Shown here piece by piece: positions 58,505-64,000 of a stretch of DNA of 64,000 nt. This DNA is from a virus. The notes beneath the pieces were generated by a model. The model was not told the origin of the DNA. It did no database searches and saw nothing but the letters and a program-made list of their open reading frames with translations. How positions within the stretch are numbered: position 1 is the stretch's first letter; the number at the start of each line of letters is the position of its first letter. Both the position numbers and the translations under genes were made by a program. The DNA is taken from positions 40,015 to 104,014 of the IMG/VR virus record IMGVR_UViG_3300018080_000009; one strand, written 5' to 3'.

Positions 58505-59362
58505 TCTAATGATTTTAATAAATCATTATTCCTAATTAAAAAGGGTCTTCGTACTTTTGGTATAGGAGTAATGGAAACGAAAAGGGGTAAAATGACAACT
58601 AAAGAAATATTACACAAATTGCGTAATCCATACGGGTTGAGCGAGGAAGAAAAACGAGCTGTACAACTGAAGGCAGCTAAGGAGAAGTATGTGCATGTTC
58701 TGTTGCTCGATTACAAGCCTATGGGAAGGGGCAAGAATTTTTCCAGTGAAAGTACAGTAGGTTGGTTAGATATAGTGAAGGAATTCGATTCGAGGGTTTC
58801 GATAGATTCTTTTCTGGCCAAGAGGTTGGTGGAGCTTGATCCAGATAAGAAATGGGTACATCCGGCAAGTTATGATCCAGATTCTGATGGCCATGTTTCA
58901 ATGTACTTGGATTTAGTTGAGGGGAAGTTTGCCAAGCATTCTTTTGTTCCCAAGAATGAGCAGAAAGAATGGTCTATTATGAAAACTTATGGGTCTCATG
59001 AGATGAATATCGATGAGATGTGGGCTGAGCTAGGTAAGGTATAGGAGAAATTTGTGTTTGATAAGAAAACAGAGGAAATGATACCAGCATTGAGGAAGTA
59101 CATTGTTTTTGACTACAGTGGACGTCAATTAACGGTTTTGAGTAGGGATTCGGTACTTTCTAGGGAAAAATTCTTAAGAGAGAGGTATCTATCTGAAAAG
59201 AGAAGAGCAGATGAGTTTGAGTCCATTAATGTAAGACTAAGACATGATGAGCAATTAGCTACCAAGGCACTGACTTATTTGGCTGGTAAATTGTCTACGG
59301 ATGAAAAGATTTCCAGTGATTGGATTCAAGAAGCTTTGAAACGATGTAAAGCAAAACAGTAG
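58499..59362 (+). CDS. apparent chimeric ORF (58499-59044) and hypothetical ORF (59054-59362)
   Basis: C-half LLLDYKPMGRG...SMYLDLVEGKFAKHSF resembles a radical SAM C-terminus without CxxxCxxC. Confidence 0.5.
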
Positions 59363-59375
59363 AAAAATGCAAATA

Positions 59376-59510
59376 GGAGCAGTAGCGAAATGGCAGATGC
59401 TAGTGCATACATGGTATTAGTAAGAGGTGTCTCGACTAATATTGTACAGGGCTCTTATCTAGTTTGAGTATGCAGGACTAGATGTGCAGATTCGAATCCT
59501 GACTGCTCCA
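59376..59510 (+). ncRNA. tRNA-like RNA with ~72-nt structured insert in place of the anticodon loop
   Basis: Acceptor GGAGCAG/CTGCTCC-A, D arm GCGAAATGGCAGATGC, TAGT/ACTA stem, TTCGAAT loop with imperfect T stem. Confidence 0.72.
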
Positions 59511-59552
59511 CCGTTCATGTAAGTTTGTTCTGACATATTTAAGGAGGTAGTT

Positions 59553-61762
59553 ATGACCCTGAAAGATAGAGTTTATAGGGTTTCGGAGGAACACTTTGAG
59601 AAGTTCGCTAAGTTGAAAAAACGATTTGGAGTTTCTTTCAAAGATTTAGATGCATTTGGAACCAAGGAACAGCTTCAGAAGCTTTTTGATGAGGATGAGC
59701 ATCTGAATCAGATACCTCTTAAAAAATTTGATGCCTATGCTCCTTGGTATCAGAGATGGGACATGGGTGATGGTACGTCTATGTCTTTGGCTGAAGTCAC
59801 TTGTTTAATAAAGCATTGTTTAATAACGGAAGTTATTGGAGCCAGATTTGAGTGCAAGTAGAAAGAAAAAGATAATGTCAAACGTGTATGTAGAAATGAA
59901 GAATGGTGAGAAGAAAGAATTTTTGCATCGGGGAAGAGCTGGGGGCTCTTATACAGTGAGTTTGAGGCTGGTAGAAGGGTGGGCCATTATAGAGGATGAA
60001 TGGGGTAAGACAACAGCTATTCCCAGGGAGGACATAAAGGAGATTCGAACAGAACCTCACAGAAGGGGCTGGTAGCCATGTGTCAGTATAATTGGTGTGA
60101 GATTTGTCAGTTAGATTTTTCTCAATGGGTAGATCCGTTTACTTATGCTTGTAAGCCGAAGCCAGAGAACTATGCTGAGATGCTGGTAAAGGCTGCGGAG
60201 AGATATGAGGAGAATCGTAAGAGATTTTGTCCGATTGAAAAGTATTGGCCTCCAAGGAAATTGGGAGCAGAAGAATCATTGCTTAGGGCTGCACGAGGGA
60301 CAGGAGTATGCCCAGATGAATTAGCGTTTTATATAAACAGTGATCAGTATCAGACTGAACGTCTTGAAGAGGAATATGCAGACTACATTTCTGCACAGTA
60401 GTAGAAGACAAGTGGTAGCTATGGTTGCTGCCGAGGAAAGGAAAAGGATATGAGCGAGGAAACAAAAAGGATAATTGAAATTAATGGCGTAAAGCTCGAA
60501 GTAGATCTCAGAAATGCCAAGCAGATCAATCAGTTCAAAATAGGGGATAAAGTCAAGGTTTTAGTACCAGGCTATAATGATCAGATTGAAATTTGGCCTG
60601 GGATGATAGTTGGTTTCGATGATTTCAAAAGTCGTCCAGCAATTGTGGTAGCCTATTTGGAAACGAGTTACAATTCTGCTTCAATTAAGATAGTTTACGT
60701 CAGTAACGATTCTAAAATAGAAATAACGGCAGCGGACGAATTCTGGATACCGATAACCAAGTCGAATGTTATCGATATTATGGACAGGGAGATTAACAAA
60801 AAAGAACTCGAACTTATTGATCTGCAAAATAAGAAGGAATTTTTTCTCAAGCGATTTGGGAAATATTTTCCGGCAGAATCGGAGTAAGCCATGGAAATAA
60901 CATGCAAAATAGAGTGGATTCATGAGGATGAAGGTTTAGATGAAGGCATTCAACGCAGAATCATTGATAGAGTTGTCGAAAAGATTTCGAAGGAAGCTTT
61001 AGACCAGTTGATGGAGAAGATTTCTGCTCAAATGGCGGAAAGAGTAGATGAGATGATAAACTCTATTCTAGAGAAGTTTATGTCCAAGGAGATCATGGTC
61101 ACGGACAATTGGGGAGATATTCAAGAAAAATATGAGAGTGTGAATGAGCTTTTGAAAGCTAAGTTTGACGACTACATGACAGTTGGTGTGGACTTGAATG
61201 GTAGACCAGTTAAGGGTAGATCATGTGGTGGGAAGCCTAGAATAGAGTATGTTTTAGACAGAAAAATAAGCGAAGCTCTAGTCAGTATGGAGAATTTAAT
61301 AACTCGAGAAGTAGATAAAAAGCTCAAGATAATGAAGGAAGAGGCTACGAAAGAAGCTGCTGTAAAGATAGTTGAGAAAATGAATCTCTAGGTTCCTTAG
61401 ATACTGAAAATCATTAAGACATTTCGTCTAATTCAGATATTGACAAAATGGAGTAAAAGATGAGTTACACAGAACTATTGGGTTTTAAGAAGGGTGAAGT
61501 GGTTGTACTGAAGCGGTACACGAATTCGTACGGATCTGCTCCAATGATTTGGACTGCGTTGTGGGACAAGTACGTGAGAACTCCAGACATGGCTGAATGG
61601 GATACGTGGTTGACTGGAGATGACAGCAAGCTTTGGGCTTTGGCGGATGACGATAGGCTTTCCTCGATGGAGAAGGTGGTCTTGGTAGCGACCTTTGACA
61701 ACCATGTGGTCAAGATAGAGGATGCCAAGAAGCTAGCCAGGTGTTTTGAGGAATTTGAATAG
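59553..61762 (+). CDS. six hypothetical ORFs
   Basis: RBS-led contiguous ORFs. Confidence 0.65.
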
Positions 61763-61770
61763 GAGGAAAC

Positions 61771-62082
61771 ATGGTAAATATAGGACCATGCCCATTTTGT
61801 AAATGCACCAATGTATTGGCCACTGTTCACCAGGGATTGTACTTTGTATTTTGTAATGGATGCCGGGCTAAGGGTCCAAAGTCTGAGACTGAGGAGTTGG
61901 CTGTAGAACTCTGGAATAACGGTTCTCAGGATGAAGAGAAGTCGTTGTTAGAGAGTCGAGTGAAGAAAATAGATGAGCTTAAAGAGCAGATAACAAGGCG
62001 ATATGAAATGCCTCCGCTCGGTTGTAGAATGTATGGAAGAGCATTTTTCTATGCTGAGATTAAAGCGCTTCTAGAAATATAG
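61771..62082 (+). CDS. Lar-family (restriction alleviation-like) Zn-finger protein
   Basis: PCPFC...CNGCRAKGP...AVELWN. Confidence 0.75.
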   Translation: MVNIGPCPFCKCTNVLATVHQGLYFVFCNGCRAKGPKSETEELAVELWNNGSQDEEKSLLESRVKKIDELKEQITRRYEMPPLGCRMYGRAFFYAEIKALLEI

Positions 62083-62091
62083 GAGGAAAAG

Positions 62092-62738
62092 ATGCAGGTA
62101 TTTAATGAAGAAACCCTGGGTAAGAGAAAGGGCAAGCACATGCTTCTTCTAGATTCTAAGGAAGCAAGAATATTCATAGAAATGGCTGAAGAAGCTTGTA
62201 AGCACAATAAAAGGAAGGGAACTTGGAAGAAGGTATTTAAAGGTCTGGAAGATAAATTGTACTGTTATTATCTGACCAGTAGGAGGAACTGAGTATTATG
62301 AGTGATTTAGAAAGAATAGTAGAGTTTGAGCCTGCTTTTGACAAGAGACACAAAGATCCGTCCAAGAATTACGGTATTCATGGTGTGACTTTGAAGATGC
62401 TCTTAAAAGGTGAGAAAGGGGCAGTTCAATTCGTAGTGTACACGAATTGGCAATTGCCTCATGTGACTGAAGAGCAATTGAGAAAGCCTGCAGATCTTGT
62501 CTCTAAGAGAGTTCTGTTTCTGCCAATGCCAGCAGATCTTGGGTATCATTCTCCAAAGCCCATGTATGAGGATCAGTCTCCAATTACAGAGGAGTGTCCG
62601 TATTTAGATGGGAAGAGATGTTACTATGATGGGAGTGGTTTAAATGCGGAGAGAATATTTGATGTCCTAGTAAAAGAGGGTGATAAAGGAGTGTGGAGGG
62701 AATTGGAAAAGTACTATAAGGACACGTTTTCTGAATAA
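62092..62738 (+). CDS. two hypothetical ORFs (62092-62292, 62298-62738)
   Basis: AGGAGG RBS; ADLGYHSP..CYYDGSGL motif. Confidence 0.7.
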
Positions 62739-63489
62739 TAGAGTATTGTCTGAGTATCTGGTCACGAATAAGGGTTTTGAAATTGACAAAGCACAATAAG
62801 TCTAAAATCCCGAAAATTGCGGCGAGAATAAAAAGGTCTTGTCAACTAATAAGAAATAACTAACTAAATACACCATAAGAATACCTGTAAACCATTGGAA
62901 TCCAAGTAACTACTTTTCTAGACCTATCCTACATATATCGCCATAATCCAATCTGGCCCTTAGCCTATCTTTGAATGTTGCCATATGACCATGTTACCCG
63001 ATACTGCCTTACAACGTATGTGTAGCATTTTCGTCTAGTATAGAAAGACTAATGATTTGGCGTAGTTATGGACCCCTTGATTTAGCAAATAATTCTCTGG
63101 AGGGAGTTATTTGTGGGTGGTTTAGGGCTGATATTTTCAAAAGTGAAAGGTAAATAGTGGGTGGTTACTTGATATAGGTTATGGATTTATATTTTTCATG
63201 ATTTGTCTATTTTCTGGGCAGGTTTGGTGATTTTTGAGGGTCTTTTTAAGGTATTATTCATTTATTCGGGTATTGAGGGTTTATTCCGAACGGATCTGGA
63301 AAAATGGCGATACTTTCTAAGGGGGTGCATTCGACTTTGGGGGCCAAAAATTCGAATAATGTTAGTTATGGTAAGCAAAAATAGGGCTGAGAAGTATATA
63401 AGACCAGAAATGTGAAAGAAAAGTTGACCGATTTCTAAAAGCTTAATGATTACTTAAGTTACGAGAGCAAGAAATGTGGGTAGCAATGC

Positions 63490-63519
63490 TTGACAAAACT
63501 TTTTTGGATTATTATGCTG
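63490..63519 (+). promoter_or_regulatory. sigma70-type promoter
   Basis: TTGACA-AAACTTTTTTTGGATTAT(18)-TATGCT. Confidence 0.65.
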
Positions 63520-63554
63520 TATATATGGACGGAACAACAAATAAGGAGGCTAAG

Positions 63555-63893
63555 ATGGCTAGGAAGCACTTGGACAAAAGATGGAGTCAATTAGAGGATA
63601 AGCTCTCAGAGGTCTTGGGGCAGGAAGTCAGATTTAGCGTGAAATACGAAGATCATAATCTGAGCAAGAAGATAAGTCTCAATGGTGAGGATTTGATTGA
63701 GCACGCCGGTATTTTCCAAAGGGTTTTCAGTAAAGCTTGGATTGAGGGTTATGGTCGGGAGGATATAGGACGGACGGTAGTGATTCTGAATCTTAAGTGG
63801 AGTCAAATCAGTGGTGGTCGGAATGGTACAGAGCTGATGTCGGGAGTTTACCAAAGAGGCGAATGGGAATTTACAGTAGTAGGGGAGGAATAA
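63555..63893 (+). CDS. hypothetical protein
   Basis: MARKHL start behind AAGGAGG, downstream of promoter. Confidence 0.65.
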   Translation: MARKHLDKRWSQLEDKLSEVLGQEVRFSVKYEDHNLSKKISLNGEDLIEHAGIFQRVFSKAWIEGYGREDIGRTVVILNLKWSQISGGRNGTELMSGVYQRGEWEFTVVGEE

Positions 63894-64000
63894 GATGAAA
63901 TTCAGGAAAGAAATTGATGAAAATGGTGAATTCTGGGGGGTAGCAACTATTCCGATGAATTGGGGAAGCTGCGAAATTTGTAAGAAGCCAATTCCGAGAG

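Noticed and set aside
63203-63415. 70-aa ORF in the non-coding region
   Set aside because: TTG start, no RBS, composition-driven sequence
1-64000. Genome-wide TAG reassignment
   Set aside because: Many conserved genes (dnaB, polA, queC, GT2) end at TAG at their expected C-termini; no CTA-anticodon tRNA seen
1-64000. Minus-strand ORFs in the track (e.g. 19816-20163, 55335-55907)
   Set aside because: Shadows of + strand genes with no motifs or RBS
1-64000. Prophage boundary or IS element
   Set aside because: No integrase, transposase, att-like duplication or block of host housekeeping genes seen

Overview
64 kb of a large, probably uncultured dsDNA bacteriophage genome. Essentially all real genes lie on the + strand, are densely packed, have GGAG(G) Shine-Dalgarno sites and use the standard code. 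I found no capsid, terminase, integrase or host flank. 0.3-33 kb holds replication, repair, recombination and transcription genes (PolX-like, DenV-like glycosylase, wHTH initiator with internal repeats, DnaC-like loader, DnaB, DnaG, SSB, PolA, SF2 helicase, RecA, Cas4-like exonuclease, RuvC, sigma70), an endolysin and a tRNA/ncRNA cluster. 21 kb and 34-41.5 kb encode a 7-deazaguanine DNA-modification pathway (QueC, QueD, QueE, FolE, DpdA/TGT-like) with an embedded HAD phosphatase, radical SAM/SPASM enzyme and two glycosyltransferases. 43-64 kb is accessory. The standout locus is 47.5-49.0 kb: a stand-alone Cas7/RAMP-like gene, an overlapping Arg/Lys-rich peptide, and a ~545-nt non-coding array with 5-nt periodicity (NG[T/A]-NN pentamers punctuated by DGG-NNN hexamers). 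It has no CRISPR repeats and is closed by a 50-nt tRNA-His mimic, so it is a candidate non-CRISPR RNA-guided system. Several other aberrant tRNA-like and structured RNAs are present. All calls are by eye from motifs; no searches were run.
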